Shown in pieces: positions 9,497 to 19,561 of a stretch of 64,000 nucleotides of DNA. Position 1 is the first letter of the stretch. The number at the start of each line of letters is the position of its first letter. The notes under the pieces were generated by a model, which saw nothing but the letters and a program-made list of their open reading frames with translations, made no database searches and was not told the origin of the DNA. The position numbers were made by a program, and so were the translations under genes. The DNA comes from a virus: the IMG/VR virus record IMGVR_UViG_3300047673_000554, positions 15,598-79,597 of that record. The stretch is one strand, 5' to 3'.

Positions 9497-10974
9497 GGTT
9501 GCTCCTTGTCGTCGTTGGTGTCGACGGCATCCAGGGTGTTGTAGTTGAGGCCCAGTTTCGTGGCCCGTGCCAGATCGGCGGCGTTTTCCTGATCGACCGT
9601 TTCAGCGTCGTAGCCGGTGCGCAGAACCATCTCGCTGCGTGAGGCAAAGCCGGCCTGCACTTCCATCCGCCGGGCTTGCACGTCCTGCACCGGCTGGATG
9701 TAGGCCCAACCTTGCGGCACCCAGCGGGTACGCAAGTAGTCGCGGCGTTTCTGCGCGTAATCGCCCAGCACCAGGACACCCGACAACACGGCCATGTCCA
9801 TCCAGGCCGCCCGCACTGGGCGGCAGAGCTGGTGGACGTAAACGCCGAATTGCAGTTGTTCCAGGCGGCGCCGAAACTCGTTGAGCACCACTCGCAGCGC
9901 TCGGTCGTTGATGCCGCGCATGTCGCCGGTGAGGATCTCGTAAGGCGTGCCGGACCCCGCCGCTGCAGCCATCAGTTGCTGCCGCATGAAGTCTGGGTAG
10001 TTGTTGCCCGCGTCCGGTGGCTTGGAGAACTCCACCTCTTCGCCAGGACCCAACTCCTGCATGGTGCCGGGTTCAAGGGCGACCATCGGTGTGAAGCCAT
10101 CACGATCCAGATTCAACGGAGCGCCTGTCACCGGATCTCTGGGTACAGGCCCAGACTCCGGCGTCGGTCGCTTGATAAAGCCGGCAAACAGGTTGGCCAC
10201 TTCCTGGCGAAACAACACGGCGTCGTCGTAGTTGTCGAGACTGCGCAGACGCTTGAGCACCGGCGACAATCGCGGCACGCCGCGCAGTTGACCGGGCTCC
10301 ACCGGTTCAAAGATGTGCAGCACCTGCGACGCCGGAACCCGCACCAGTTGGTTGTAGCCAGCGTTCAGCGACGCCGCATCGCGCGGATGCGACAAGTACA
10401 TCCAGTAAGCCACGCGCTTGCCGCCGGGGTTGAACTCGATCCCGGCGCGGATGGTGTTGCCGGTTTTAGTGCTCTCATACTTGTCGTGCGGGACAAACTC
10501 CGGCGCCAGAATCTGCAACTGCAGCGGAACCGCCAATCCCTCGTCCAGGCTGCGCGGTCGCAACCGCACAAAGCACTCGCCCGAGGTTTCAACCGTGCGC
10601 GCCACCAGGCCCTGCTGGCCGTAGAAGTCAGTGCGATCATCCGCATCCGACTCATCGACCCAATCGCCCCACAGTTCCTGCAGCAACTTGCGTAAAGCAT
10701 CGTCTTCAGTGGTGGGTCGCGGGGTGATGCCCGTGCCGATCAAGTTGCTGACGCGTTTGTCGATCACGTTGAAGGCATACGGGTCATTGCGAACGGCTGC
10801 CCGAGAGCGCGAACGCAGGTTGCGCAATGCCGGGGTGTTGATGCTGTTGATCCCGTTGTCGGGAGCATCCCAACCAGTGGAGCGCCGGCCCTCCCCGGCG
10901 CCTTCGTAACTGGCCTTGATGTTCGACGGCAACACGAATCCGTTACGGGTCAGAGTCGGAAAGTGTCGGGCCAT
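9493..10974 (-). CDS. Portal protein, lambda family
   Basis: LRSRSR..VRND, GQLRGVP, PGEEV; position. Confidence 0.93.
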   Translation of the reverse strand: MARHFPTLTRNGFVLPSNIKASYEGAGEGRRSTGWDAPDNGINSINTPALRNLRSRSRAAVRNDPYAFNVIDKRVSNLIGTGITPRPTTEDDALRKLLQELWGDWVDESDADDRTDFYGQQGLVARTVETSGECFVRLRPRSLDEGLAVPLQLQILAPEFVPHDKYESTKTGNTIRAGIEFNPGGKRVAYWMYLSHPRDAASLNAGYNQLVRVPASQVLHIFEPVEPGQLRGVPRLSPVLKRLRSLDNYDDAVLFRQEVANLFAGFIKRPTPESGPVPRDPVTGAPLNLDRDGFTPMVALEPGTMQELGPGEEVEFSKPPDAGNNYPDFMRQQLMAAAAGSGTPYEILTGDMRGINDRALRVVLNEFRRRLEQLQFGVYVHQLCRPVRAAWMDMAVLSGVLVLGDYAQKRRDYLRTRWVPQGWAYIQPVQDVQARRMEVQAGFASRSEMVLRTGYDAETVDQENAADLARATKLGLNYNTLDAVDTNDDKEQP

Positions 10975-11181
10975 TTAGAGTCCTTTGCCCCCGTGGTAAA
11001 GCCGAACCGCACGCGAACGCGGTCCGGCAGCGTTGACCAGCGACGAACGAATCTCTTCGCGTGCTCTAAGCAGTTCGTCGACGGTGCGGTACTCCACGGT
11101 ACGGTCGGTGTAACGCACGGTTTTCTCACCGCGAGCGATGGCCGCCTCAACCGCGTCGAGGTGCTTCTGGGTAAATGACAT
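10975..11181 (-). CDS. Head-tail joining protein (lambda gpW-like)
   Basis: AIARGEKTVRY.DRTVEYRT; between terL and portal. Confidence 0.85.
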   Translation of the reverse strand: MSFTQKHLDAVEAAIARGEKTVRYTDRTVEYRTVDELLRAREEIRSSLVNAAGPRSRAVRLYHGGKGL

Positions 11182-11182
11182 A

Positions 11183-13198
11183 TCAGCGTCTCTTCAGGTA
11201 ACCGCTGGTGGAACTGCGGCGTTGAGGTGGTGTTGCTGCGGGGCGCGTTTGCACGACTGCAACAGCGGGTGGTGACGCCGGTTGCCGAGTCGATGTTTCT
11301 GGATCAGAACTATCGACCCGTTCGCCTTGAACGGGCTTGATGCCCAGGGCTTCGTCAAACAGTCCGGACTGCGCCAGGGACTGACGCACGCGCTCCCAGT
11401 CGTGTTCCTTGTAGCGATTCAGGCCCAGGTAATGCGCCATGGCCAGGCAATACACCATCAGGTCGAGCGCTTCGTTGCGCTCGGCTTTGCCCTTCACCCA
11501 TTCGATGCGCTTGTGACCGCGCACGTAGCGCGCAACTTTTCGCTCTGCGACGCACTGATCGAAGAAGTCATCCGGCAGGTCATTGGCAAAGTGCAACGCG
11601 CCCGGTCCGGATTCGAACGGGTAGCGGTTGTAGATCCAGTCCTTTGCCGTGTCCGTACCGACGAACCACAGCTCGGCACCATTGCGTTCGGTCTGGCCTC
11701 TCCAGGTCACGTCGACCATCGATGGGCGTTGAGCAATGACCGGCTTGCCGGGTTTGCTCGCGCCTTTGATGGCGAACACGTTGCGCCAGCGACGAACACG
11801 GCAGAACTGATAAACCTCATCGGTGTGGTGACCGCCGGAGTCGACGGCCACCGCGAGAATGCCCAAACCAACACCGCACGGATGGCGGTATTTGGCCTTG
11901 AGCAATTCATCCAGCGCCGCCCAGGTGCGCTCGTCGGCGGGAGCGCCCGAGACTACTTGGAAATCAACGATCCAGCGCTCCATGCCGGCACCCCAGCCCA
12001 TGGCCATGAATTCCAGCCGGTTGGCTTGAACATCGACGGCCCCAGTGATCATCAACACTGCCGCCGGCATTGAGCCGAGGGTGTAACCTTCCAACCGCGC
12101 CCGCTGCCTGAGCACGTCCGCTTTGGTCTGCTCTTGCGCCGCGTCCCAAACCTTCGCCAGACGGGTGTTATAGAACACCTGCATGGGCTCAAGGTCGCCT
12201 TTGGCCTGGGCCTTTTTGGCCTTCTCGAATTGCTTAGCCAGTGACTTCCAGTCCATCCACCCTAGCGGCGAATACAGCGCGTTGAGGTGGAAGCCCACCG
12301 TCTCGCCGTCACCTTCGGCGTGAGCGCGCCATTCGCCGTTGGCGAGCATTTCGCCCTTGTGGTACTCCTCGATCAGCACATCACAGTCAGGTCCAGCGCA
12401 CTGGTAATGCACCACGCTGAAGTCCGGCGAGTAGTGCAGCCGCTCCCACTCAAGGATTTGCATGTGCCCACACGTCGGGCATGGCACGTAGTAGTGACGC
12501 TGGTCGCTGCCATCGAACAGGTCGGAGATTCGCGAGGCGCCCTTGATCGTCGGCGAGCTGGAGAAGTAGAACTTGGCGTTGCGGCCAAAGGTACTGCCCC
12601 TGGTTTCTGCCAGCTCGATAGGGTCACCCTCCTCGCCGATGTCCACCTCCCAGCGGTCGATCTCGTCGCCGTACACGTAGCGCGCTGACAGCTCCGACAA
12701 GTTGGCGGCCGAGCCGGCGGTGGTCACGTACAACGTACCGCCCTCGAACTCTTTGGTGTCCATGGTGTTGCGCGAATCTCGCGAGCGGTTGGCCGCCACA
12801 CGTTCGCGCAACACCGGCGTCGCCTTGATCGTTTTGCCGATCCGCGAGGACACCCGTTTTGCCAATCCCAGACTGGGCAGCAGCGCCAGGATATTCGATG
12901 GCGCCATGTGCATCAGGCCGCCGATCCAGTTCAGACCAATCTGAGTTTTCATCAACTGCGACGCGACCATGGTGATCACGCGCTTGCAGGGGTGAGCCGG
13001 CGACAGGCAACGCATGGGCTCGCGGGCATACGGCGTACGCGAGGTGCGGTACTGGCCCGGCTCAGCGGCGCCGGTATCACGCGGGATACGCATGTACTCG
13101 TCAGCCCACTGATCGATCCAGACATCCGGGTCAGGCCGTAGCCCACGGAAGTACGCCTCGCGGTACACCTCTGCACCGTCAGGAAATCCGGTGGGCAT
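11183..13198 (-). CDS. Terminase large subunit, GpA family
   Basis: ASQLMKT Walker A variant, DEIDR, SSPT, CPTC, VDVQ, DSGG, RNEALD. Confidence 0.95.
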   Translation of the reverse strand: MPTGFPDGAEVYREAYFRGLRPDPDVWIDQWADEYMRIPRDTGAAEPGQYRTSRTPYAREPMRCLSPAHPCKRVITMVASQLMKTQIGLNWIGGLMHMAPSNILALLPSLGLAKRVSSRIGKTIKATPVLRERVAANRSRDSRNTMDTKEFEGGTLYVTTAGSAANLSELSARYVYGDEIDRWEVDIGEEGDPIELAETRGSTFGRNAKFYFSSSPTIKGASRISDLFDGSDQRHYYVPCPTCGHMQILEWERLHYSPDFSVVHYQCAGPDCDVLIEEYHKGEMLANGEWRAHAEGDGETVGFHLNALYSPLGWMDWKSLAKQFEKAKKAQAKGDLEPMQVFYNTRLAKVWDAAQEQTKADVLRQRARLEGYTLGSMPAAVLMITGAVDVQANRLEFMAMGWGAGMERWIVDFQVVSGAPADERTWAALDELLKAKYRHPCGVGLGILAVAVDSGGHHTDEVYQFCRVRRWRNVFAIKGASKPGKPVIAQRPSMVDVTWRGQTERNGAELWFVGTDTAKDWIYNRYPFESGPGALHFANDLPDDFFDQCVAERKVARYVRGHKRIEWVKGKAERNEALDLMVYCLAMAHYLGLNRYKEHDWERVRQSLAQSGLFDEALGIKPVQGERVDSSDPETSTRQPASPPAVAVVQTRPAATPPQRRSSTSGYLKRR

Positions 13199-13202
13199 GG
13201 GC

Positions 13203-13805
13203 TTAACTCGTGGTCAGTGCGTGTTCAAGGTCCGCTGAAGACATCCGTTCGGCGTCTTCCAGCGAGCGGCGGATCGCCGCCGTGAGGTGCTTTTCGATTT
13301 CCCAAGGGTCGGTCATCGATGCCAGTTCAGGAGCCAGTTGCGGCGGCATCCCCAGCAGTTGATCGCGCAGCATGCGACCGGCGTTGTAAGCACCGGTTTG
13401 AACTGCCGACAGAACTACCAGCGAGCCCTTGGCTTTGTGCAACTCGATCTCGGCGAGCTGGGCCAGGTTGTGCTCGCGCAATGCGCGGGCTTTCTGGAAA
13501 TCGGGGAGCTGTCCCGCAGGGGTGATCGCGAGCGGCGGCGCAGCCGTTGAAGTCGGCTCGACCTGGCTGGATAGCTGACTGTAAACGTCACGCTGAAGCC
13601 GATCTTGGTGGTGGCGGTCAGCGACAGCAGTCTTGCTGGGGTCAGCGGTGTCGCGAATCAATGCTTCGCTCGCCGTGACATCGACCTGTTTACCGTCGGC
13701 GGTCAACACCAGGCGGTTGTTGTTTTTCAACCAGGTGATGTAGCTGGGCGCCCTGCCGATCCGAGCCGCGAAGGCGCTCTTTGACAGGTACATTGGTTCT
13801 GTCAT
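13203..13805 (-). CDS. Terminase small subunit (Nu1-like)
   Basis: N-terminal wHTH SKSAFAARIG; upstream of terL. Confidence 0.85.
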   Translation of the reverse strand: MTEPMYLSKSAFAARIGRAPSYITWLKNNNRLVLTADGKQVDVTASEALIRDTADPSKTAVADRHHQDRLQRDVYSQLSSQVEPTSTAAPPLAITPAGQLPDFQKARALREHNLAQLAEIELHKAKGSLVVLSAVQTGAYNAGRMLRDQLLGMPPQLAPELASMTDPWEIEKHLTAAIRRSLEDAERMSSADLEHALTTS

Positions 13806-13894
13806 AAGCCCTCCTTTTCAACGGCTTTTCAATGGAACCTTTCGATTTCAATGGATTGAATTTCAGTAAGCTGGCAACCCTGCCGCTAACAACT

Positions 13895-13941
13895 TCCCGC
13901 GGGTTTCCGACCCCGTACCCGCGGGATAACCCCAGGGTCCC
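13895..13941 (-). other. Lambda-like cos site of prophage 1 (cosQ-like GGGACCC plus cosN-like GGGTCGGAAACC)
   Basis: Minus strand GGGTACG-GGGTCGGAAACC-CGCGGG resembles lambda GGTTACG-GGGCGGCGACCT-CGCGGG; lies just upstream of terS. Confidence 0.7.
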
Positions 13942-13971
13942 CGGCAGTTTTCGACGCCCCAAATCGGTGCA

Positions 13972-14316
13972 TCACCCCTGCTCACCACCAGCAGGTGGCA
14001 CTTCGCAGACCCCCAGCCGCTTGGCGGCCCATCGCTCGTACAAGCCGATGGCCACATCGGCTCCGGCCATTGCGGTCAGGCAGCCCATCGCCGACGCAGC
14101 CCAGATCGACACCCCGGCGGCGTGCAACAACATCATGGTGGACAGTCCGCAACCAACGCAGGCACCGGACCGAAGTGCCAGGCGCCGTAACAATGCCCAA
14201 CCCCTTGCCCCGTCCTTATCAGCTCGCCACATCTCGCCCGACACGCCGCCGACCAGGGCCAGGACGATCACTAACCAGATCGGCATCTCTGCCAGCGTTT
14301 GCTGCTCGTTCGTCAT
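13972..14316 (-). CDS. Holin
   Basis: Three hydrophobic segments, GGVSGEMWRADK; Pseudomonas phage/tailocin-type holin at the head of the late operon. Confidence 0.85.
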   Translation of the reverse strand: MTNEQQTLAEMPIWLVIVLALVGGVSGEMWRADKDGARGWALLRRLALRSGACVGCGLSTMMLLHAAGVSIWAASAMGCLTAMAGADVAIGLYERWAAKRLGVCEVPPAGGEQG

Positions 14317-14335
14317 CGCCCTACCCCATAAACGC

Positions 14336-14362
14336 AAAAACCCGGCGCAATGGCCGGGTTTG
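14336..14362 (-). terminator. Terminator in late leader (tR'-like)
   Basis: AAAAACCCGGC-GCAATG-GCCGGGTTT hairpin just upstream of holin. Confidence 0.65.
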
Positions 14363-14541
14363 GTGTGTGGTGCCTTCCGCTCTCTGCGGTCGCACCTATC
14401 GAAGATGACTACTTTTTACAGGTGGATTCCGGTGGCAGCAACCCCACTTTAATGCCACCCGGTGAATATGTGGGTAACGCAGGGTGAACGCCTAGGCAAT
14501 GTCGGTGAATACACCACCTCGGCTATCTGTTGCTTTTGCGT

Positions 14542-14818
14542 TGTCCCATTTGTCCCACTTTTCAAAATCGAAGTGGGACGCCTGAGAGCGCCTAAATTCG
14601 GGGCGTCGCCCCACTGTCCTACTTTTTTATCTTCTTTCTCGTGTAAAGAAAGTAATTGAATTACACGCGTGCGCGCCACGGGCGCGTGCTGGTGCCCGCT
14701 CCGCTCACATGGGCGGGAGGCTCCAACAGGCGGGACGGTGGGACAGCCCAACAACGACAAGGCCCGCACTTGTCCCACTACGTTAAAACGCAGCGGGACA
14801 AGGCGAGCCAGAGGGACA
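14542..14818. repeat. Iteron-like array (TGTCCC/GGGAC), candidate origin of prophage 1
   Basis: About 9 copies in both orientations around an AT-rich patch (14622-14662), in non-coding DNA close to the VapE replicase. Confidence 0.65.
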
Positions 14819-14843
14819 ACAACTACCGGTGTCGTGCCTGGGA

Positions 14844-15209
14844 TCACGCAGCCTTCCCCATCAACATGCCGGCGATGCACAAATGCGCCTCATGCAAACG
14901 CTGGTAGTACGTGTCACGACTACACCCGCAATGGGTGTATTTCTGCGATAGAAAGCTTTCGTGATTGCAGTAATGCTCCCTCACCACCACCGACAACTGC
15001 GGTGGCAGGTGTTTGTTCACGATCAGTTCAATATCCGCCGACTCATCCAACAACACCCGACTGCCTCTAGTCCCGCGAATCAACTCACCTTTGCATTCCA
15101 TCAGCATGGCGATCATGTTGCCGCCACTCGCCCCGCCGAAAGACTCGGCCACCGGCGAATGCAAGTCCTCAGCCCAAAGCTTGAGCATTTCATCAATTCG
15201 CTTAATCAC
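14844..15209 (-). CDS. Late-gene regulator, antiterminator Q-like
   Basis: IDEMLKLWA start, C-terminal HTH (CGCSRDTYYQRLHEAH); between replication and lysis genes. Confidence 0.7.
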   Translation of the reverse strand: MIKRIDEMLKLWAEDLHSPVAESFGGASGGNMIAMLMECKGELIRGTRGSRVLLDESADIELIVNKHLPPQLSVVVREHYCNHESFLSQKYTHCGCSRDTYYQRLHEAHLCIAGMLMGKAA

Positions 15210-17421
15210 CGAAGCAAGGCTCCTCGATCGGTTCCACCTTCAACGCCGAAGCGCCACCCCAACCTGCCGGCTTCTTGTAAGCCCAAGGACGCTGCCCACT
15301 TTTCGCCAGCGCCGGCATCCGGGTACGCCGCCAACCAAGCCGGTGCATGATCGCCCCGACACGCATCTGCTCGGGCTTACCCCAATGACCGAAGTCGAGC
15401 TTCAGCGCATTAGTCAGCACCTCACTGCCGGACGTGGTTTCACCGATCTGCGATTCTTCCAACCAGGTCAGGATTGGCCCTTCCCACTCATCCACAACAA
15501 AGCGCTCTTCCTGCGCCTCGGCAAAGGTCGGCGCCTCATCAGGCGTCACCCACCAGATGTCACCCGCCTCATAGCAAAACATCGCTTCAGCCCAGAGCTG
15601 GTCACGGATCTCACGCAACTGCTCCAGATCGACCTTGGTACAAGCCACCGGCCAATATCGCCGGTTGCCAGTGGCGTCCTTGAGGTACTCGTCTTGGTTG
15701 GTCGTGCCCACGAACACACACTGGCGTGGCACGTCGTTCGTTCTGCGGCCATAGCTTTCGCGGTAGGTATCGGTCGACGCTGAGAAGAACTGTTTAGCCT
15801 TGGTGCTTTCCGCCTTGTTGAAGCTGTCCAGCTCCCCCAACTCGACGATCCATTTGCCACGGATCGCCTGAAAGCCGTCCTTGTCACCCAGGGCAAAAGG
15901 CGTATCCATGAACCACTCGCCGCCGAGGATGCTCATCGCCGTCGACTTACCCGCGCCCTGCGCGCCTTCAAGAATCATCACCGAGTCAGCCTTGCAGCCG
16001 GGCCTCATAACCCGCCCCACCGCCGACAGCATCCAGCGCTTACCGACCTTGGCCGAGTAGTCGCTGGCCTGCACGCCCATGACATCGGTGAGCCAACTTT
16101 CCAACCGAGGTACCCTGTCCCATTCGAGCTTTTGCAGGTACTCCCGCACTGGATGAAATGCATGGTCATGAGCAACAACGCTCACCGCCTCAATCACCTG
16201 CGTCGACTTGACCCTTAGGTTGTATTGCTGCGCGAGCCACTTCATCACCCGCACGTCATCGATGTCGGCCCAGTCGCCCGTACCACCGCCATAAGGGGCA
16301 GAACGTAGCTTGACGATCTTCGAACTGAAGGCGCTGTAAGTGATCACGCCGGCCCAGCGTTCGTCGTTGCCAAGTATCAGCTCAACGTTCTGCATGTGGG
16401 CAATCAGGGCGCCGCTTTCGGTGCGAGCCAATTGGTCTTTCCATCCACCCGCTGCCGGCGGCTTGACCACCGCCAACACCTGACGCCGGACTGCCTCCAA
16501 GCCTTCGGCGACGTGCAGATCATTGAAGTCCGTCCACTTGTCTTCCCGCTCACCGGAGAAGATCGGCGCGACGACCTGGCCACCGACGATCAATGCCGCG
16601 TTGTTGGCCTTCTCCTCCCCGGGGTTCCAGGCATCACCATTGGCGCGTTTCGTCTTCCAGTCATCATCCCGGCAAACAATCAGCGGGCAACCCGGAAAGC
16701 GCTCACGCATGGCCTTGCATACCACCAACAGGTTGCCCGCATCGAAGGCGATGGCCACCGTCAGCGAGGTCGCCATATGCAGACTCGCGCCCGTGGCGTA
16801 ACCCTCACATACCAGCACCGGCTCCCCCGGTTCAGGGTGAGGCCCGATCAGGTGAAAAGCCCCCTCCTTCGACATCCCATAAGGCCAGTAAGACTTATCC
16901 CGACCGGTATCTTCCTGCTTAGCCGGAAAGACCACCTGCAGGCCAACAATCTGGTCCCGCACGTTGCACATCGGCACCAAAAACGCGCCCGTGCGCGGCG
17001 CGTAACGAACACCAAAACCAACGATCTGTTTTCGATCCAGGTAGTCGCTACGCCCCTTCTCCGGCATGCGCTTGAACAGCCCTGCCGCACGGTTCGCCGC
17101 TCGACGTGCAGCATTGGCCGCTATCTCGGCGGCGCGACGCTTGGCGTCCTCCTGCCGAGCGCGCATGACCTCACGTCCTTCAGGCGACATCCGCCCAGCC
17201 TTCACTTTGATCTTCTGCGTCTCGCCCGAACGCCAGTCACCGAAGCTCCCGAAGATCAACGTCTCGCCTTTCTCGGTGCGATGTTCGTGGACGACATACC
17301 AACCGTTCTTTTCTTTGCCCTTGTCCTGAGCGGTCTTGCAGCGGGTCAGCTTGCCAAAGATTAAGGGCTGGTCTGGCTCAAGGCCGTAGTCCGCGAATTG
17401 ACCCAGTACCTCATCGAGCAT
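15202..17421 (-). CDS. Toprim primase fused to VapE-type helicase
   Basis: CEGYATG...AFDAGNL...DDD...TDFNDL (Toprim); EGAQGAGKST and TGNRRYWP (VapE). Confidence 0.92.
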   Translation of the reverse strand: MLDEVLGQFADYGLEPDQPLIFGKLTRCKTAQDKGKEKNGWYVVHEHRTEKGETLIFGSFGDWRSGETQKIKVKAGRMSPEGREVMRARQEDAKRRAAEIAANAARRAANRAAGLFKRMPEKGRSDYLDRKQIVGFGVRYAPRTGAFLVPMCNVRDQIVGLQVVFPAKQEDTGRDKSYWPYGMSKEGAFHLIGPHPEPGEPVLVCEGYATGASLHMATSLTVAIAFDAGNLLVVCKAMRERFPGCPLIVCRDDDWKTKRANGDAWNPGEEKANNAALIVGGQVVAPIFSGEREDKWTDFNDLHVAEGLEAVRRQVLAVVKPPAAGGWKDQLARTESGALIAHMQNVELILGNDERWAGVITYSAFSSKIVKLRSAPYGGGTGDWADIDDVRVMKWLAQQYNLRVKSTQVIEAVSVVAHDHAFHPVREYLQKLEWDRVPRLESWLTDVMGVQASDYSAKVGKRWMLSAVGRVMRPGCKADSVMILEGAQGAGKSTAMSILGGEWFMDTPFALGDKDGFQAIRGKWIVELGELDSFNKAESTKAKQFFSASTDTYRESYGRRTNDVPRQCVFVGTTNQDEYLKDATGNRRYWPVACTKVDLEQLREIRDQLWAEAMFCYEAGDIWWVTPDEAPTFAEAQEERFVVDEWEGPILTWLEESQIGETTSGSEVLTNALKLDFGHWGKPEQMRVGAIMHRLGWRRTRMPALAKSGQRPWAYKKPAGWGGASALKVEPIEEPCFGD

Positions 17422-17638
17422 GACGGGCCTCCCGCGATTCTGCGATCGATTGGCAAGGCACGCACTGCGAACAACCGGGCTGCGCTAAGCGACGGTCTTC
17501 CGGTATCGGGTCATCACACCCCTCACAGAATAGAAATGAATGCGCCGCCGAAGCGGGCTTGGCGGCGTTACGTTCAGCGAGTGCCTGATCAAGACGCTCC
17601 TGCACCAGGTCGTTGGCAAAGTCAGCGATGTCAGCCAC
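17411..17638 (-). CDS. TraR/DksA C4 zinc-finger protein
   Basis: DIAD...CEGC..PIPEDRR...CVPCQ; GTG start. Confidence 0.88.
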   Translation of the reverse strand: MADIADFANDLVQERLDQALAERNAAKPASAAHSFLFCEGCDDPIPEDRRLAQPGCSQCVPCQSIAESREARHAR

Positions 17639-18149
17639 GGTCGACACCCCGCGTGGTCTGATTGACGTAGGTAGCGCGGTTGAACATCCCCAACAGCCCT
17701 TGAATACCGCGAAACACTTGCAGCCGGATTTCGGCCAATTCGTGGTCACTCACCACCCCATCACCAATGCTCTTGGCCCAAGTGTCGGCCAGATCAGCAA
17801 CCTGCCGGAAATAAGCAGCAATGCCGGTGGTCAAGGTTTCAGGCATGTCGTTGGTGTACGCCTCGGCCAACTCCTGCCAAGTCGTATCCCCGACCAGCGC
17901 ATGCACTGCATCGAGAATGCGGCGGTCTTTGGTCAACTCCAGGATCTCGCCGAACTCCTGAATGTTCACGGTATGGCTAGGGTGGGTTGGAGACAGCTTG
18001 TGCTGCAGCGTGGTGGCGTTTCTGCCGGTGGTGGCGGCAATTGCAGCGGCGCCGCCGGGATAGTCTCGGGCAGCATGGTAAAGCGCTAAATCGAGCGGCA
18101 GGATTTCCCGCTGCGCCCGTTCTACAGAACTCAGAGCGATTCGGCTCAT
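17631..18149 (-). CDS. CII-like phage regulatory protein
   Basis: YPGGAAAIA..TLQHKLSP...DGVVS..E; downstream of cro. Confidence 0.78.
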   Translation of the reverse strand: MSRIALSSVERAQREILPLDLALYHAARDYPGGAAAIAATTGRNATTLQHKLSPTHPSHTVNIQEFGEILELTKDRRILDAVHALVGDTTWQELAEAYTNDMPETLTTGIAAYFRQVADLADTWAKSIGDGVVSDHELAEIRLQVFRGIQGLLGMFNRATYVNQTTRGVDRG

Positions 18150-18450
18150 GGCATTAATCCTTACAGGTTGCCAGTGCCTCGCGACATGCAGTGGTGATAC
18201 ATTTGCCGCGTGGCTTGAAAGGGCCCAAACGCCGGCTAGATCTTCAGGATCGAACCGGCACCGTGCCGAGGCGAACAATCCGTTGTTCACCCCTGGCGCA
18301 ACAGCTGCCCAATCTGTGGTGGAAAAGGCAGCAACACCAAGGCATCCGTGCCTTGGAAAGCGCGATAAAGAGAGGTGGTTAGCATGTGGTGTGCCCGCCT
18401 ATCTTTACCGCGACCCGACAGCGCTGTGGTGGTGCGTGGCGGGAGGAACT

Positions 18451-18477
18451 GGGCGACCTTAGGGTCGCCTTTTTTCT
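18451..18477. terminator. Hairpin after cro (tR1-like)
   Basis: GGCGACC-TTAG-GGTCGCC followed by T-run on + strand. Confidence 0.5.
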
Positions 18478-18479
18478 TG

Positions 18480-18740
18480 CTACGCAGCGGTTTTTTGAGG
18501 AGCCGATGCGTTCAAAAGCCAAGCAGCTTGGAAAGCATTGCCTTTCTGTTCCGCAGCAATTGCCAATAGCTCAGCGTATTTGGTTTCACCTGTGAAATCC
18601 GTTCGCGGCAGACATGCCGCCTGACGCCATTTGTTCAACGCCTGATAGCTTCTATTGCATATCTTCGCGGCGGCCCCGATGCCGCCTACGGCTTCAAAAG
18701 CGAACGCAATGGCGCTCGGAAATTTTGCGGGGTCCAACAT
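18480..18740 (-). CDS. Cro-like regulator
   Basis: Short HTH GGIGAAAKIC..SYQALNKW, divergent from repressor. Confidence 0.8.
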   Translation of the reverse strand: MLDPAKFPSAIAFAFEAVGGIGAAAKICNRSYQALNKWRQAACLPRTDFTGETKYAELLAIAAEQKGNAFQAAWLLNASAPQKTAA

Positions 18741-18754
18741 GACAACCTCCATTT

Positions 18755-18828
18755 ATCAACTCGTGGTTGATGTTATAGATCAACTGACTATTGCGCAACC
18801 TTTGTGAGACTCTCAACTCATGGTTGAT
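18755..18828. promoter_or_regulatory. OR-like operators (CAAC-N5-GTTG dyads)
   Basis: ATCAACTCGTGGTTGAT (18755-18771), weaker ATCAACTGACTATTG, and CTCAACTCATGGTTGAT (18812-18828) overlapping the cI start. Confidence 0.75.
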
Positions 18829-19551
18829 AAAAATGCACTCCGCGCAGCTTTTAGCGAGCGCCTCCATGAAGCACTCGACGACGCCGGCGTACGTACCCGG
18901 GGTCGTGGCGTGGACATCCATCGTCAGTTGAAAAGCTTGGGGGTAGATAAAACCACACAGGCCATCAGCAAGTGGCTGAATGGTGAAGCCATAGCTGAGG
19001 CTGACAGCATGGTTGCGCTTTGTTCTTGGCTAAAGGTGCGGCGCGAGTGGCTGGAGTATGGCGTTTTGCCAAAAGAGCGGACAAGTGAGAGTAATGTTCG
19101 CCATATGGGGCTCGGCGATGGGAGTAATGTTAGTGAAATCAACCATCGCTTTGGCAAGGTTCCCTTGATTTCCTGGGTACAAGCTGGAGCATGGTGCGAG
19201 GCTTTTTCAAACATTGAGATCTACGATGCAGACTCATGGCTTTCTTGCCCTGTTCCGATCAGCAACAATGGATTTGCATTGAGAGTGCAAGGCGATTCGA
19301 TGACGAATCCAGGGCCTGGTCGCAGTTATCCAACCGGTTGCATAATCTTTGTAGACCCTGAAGCAGAGACACGAACTGGTGACCGCGTAATAGCTAGAGT
19401 TCCCCGTACCAACGAGGCTACATTTAAAGTTCTAGTAGAGGATGCCGGTCGACAATTTCTGAAGCCGATCAATCCGCAATACCCAATCATTGATATTACG
19501 GAAGAGACGCACATCTGTGGCAAAGTAGTTGGATCATTCATCCCTGAATAA
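18820..19551 (+). CDS. CI-like repressor (HTH + S24 autopeptidase)
   Basis: VPLISWVQAG cleavage region, GDSM serine motif, ATFK lysine. Confidence 0.93.
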   Translation: MVDKNALRAAFSERLHEALDDAGVRTRGRGVDIHRQLKSLGVDKTTQAISKWLNGEAIAEADSMVALCSWLKVRREWLEYGVLPKERTSESNVRHMGLGDGSNVSEINHRFGKVPLISWVQAGAWCEAFSNIEIYDADSWLSCPVPISNNGFALRVQGDSMTNPGPGRSYPTGCIIFVDPEAETRTGDRVIARVPRTNEATFKVLVEDAGRQFLKPINPQYPIIDITEETHICGKVVGSFIPE

Positions 19552-19561
19552 ATCCATTTCG

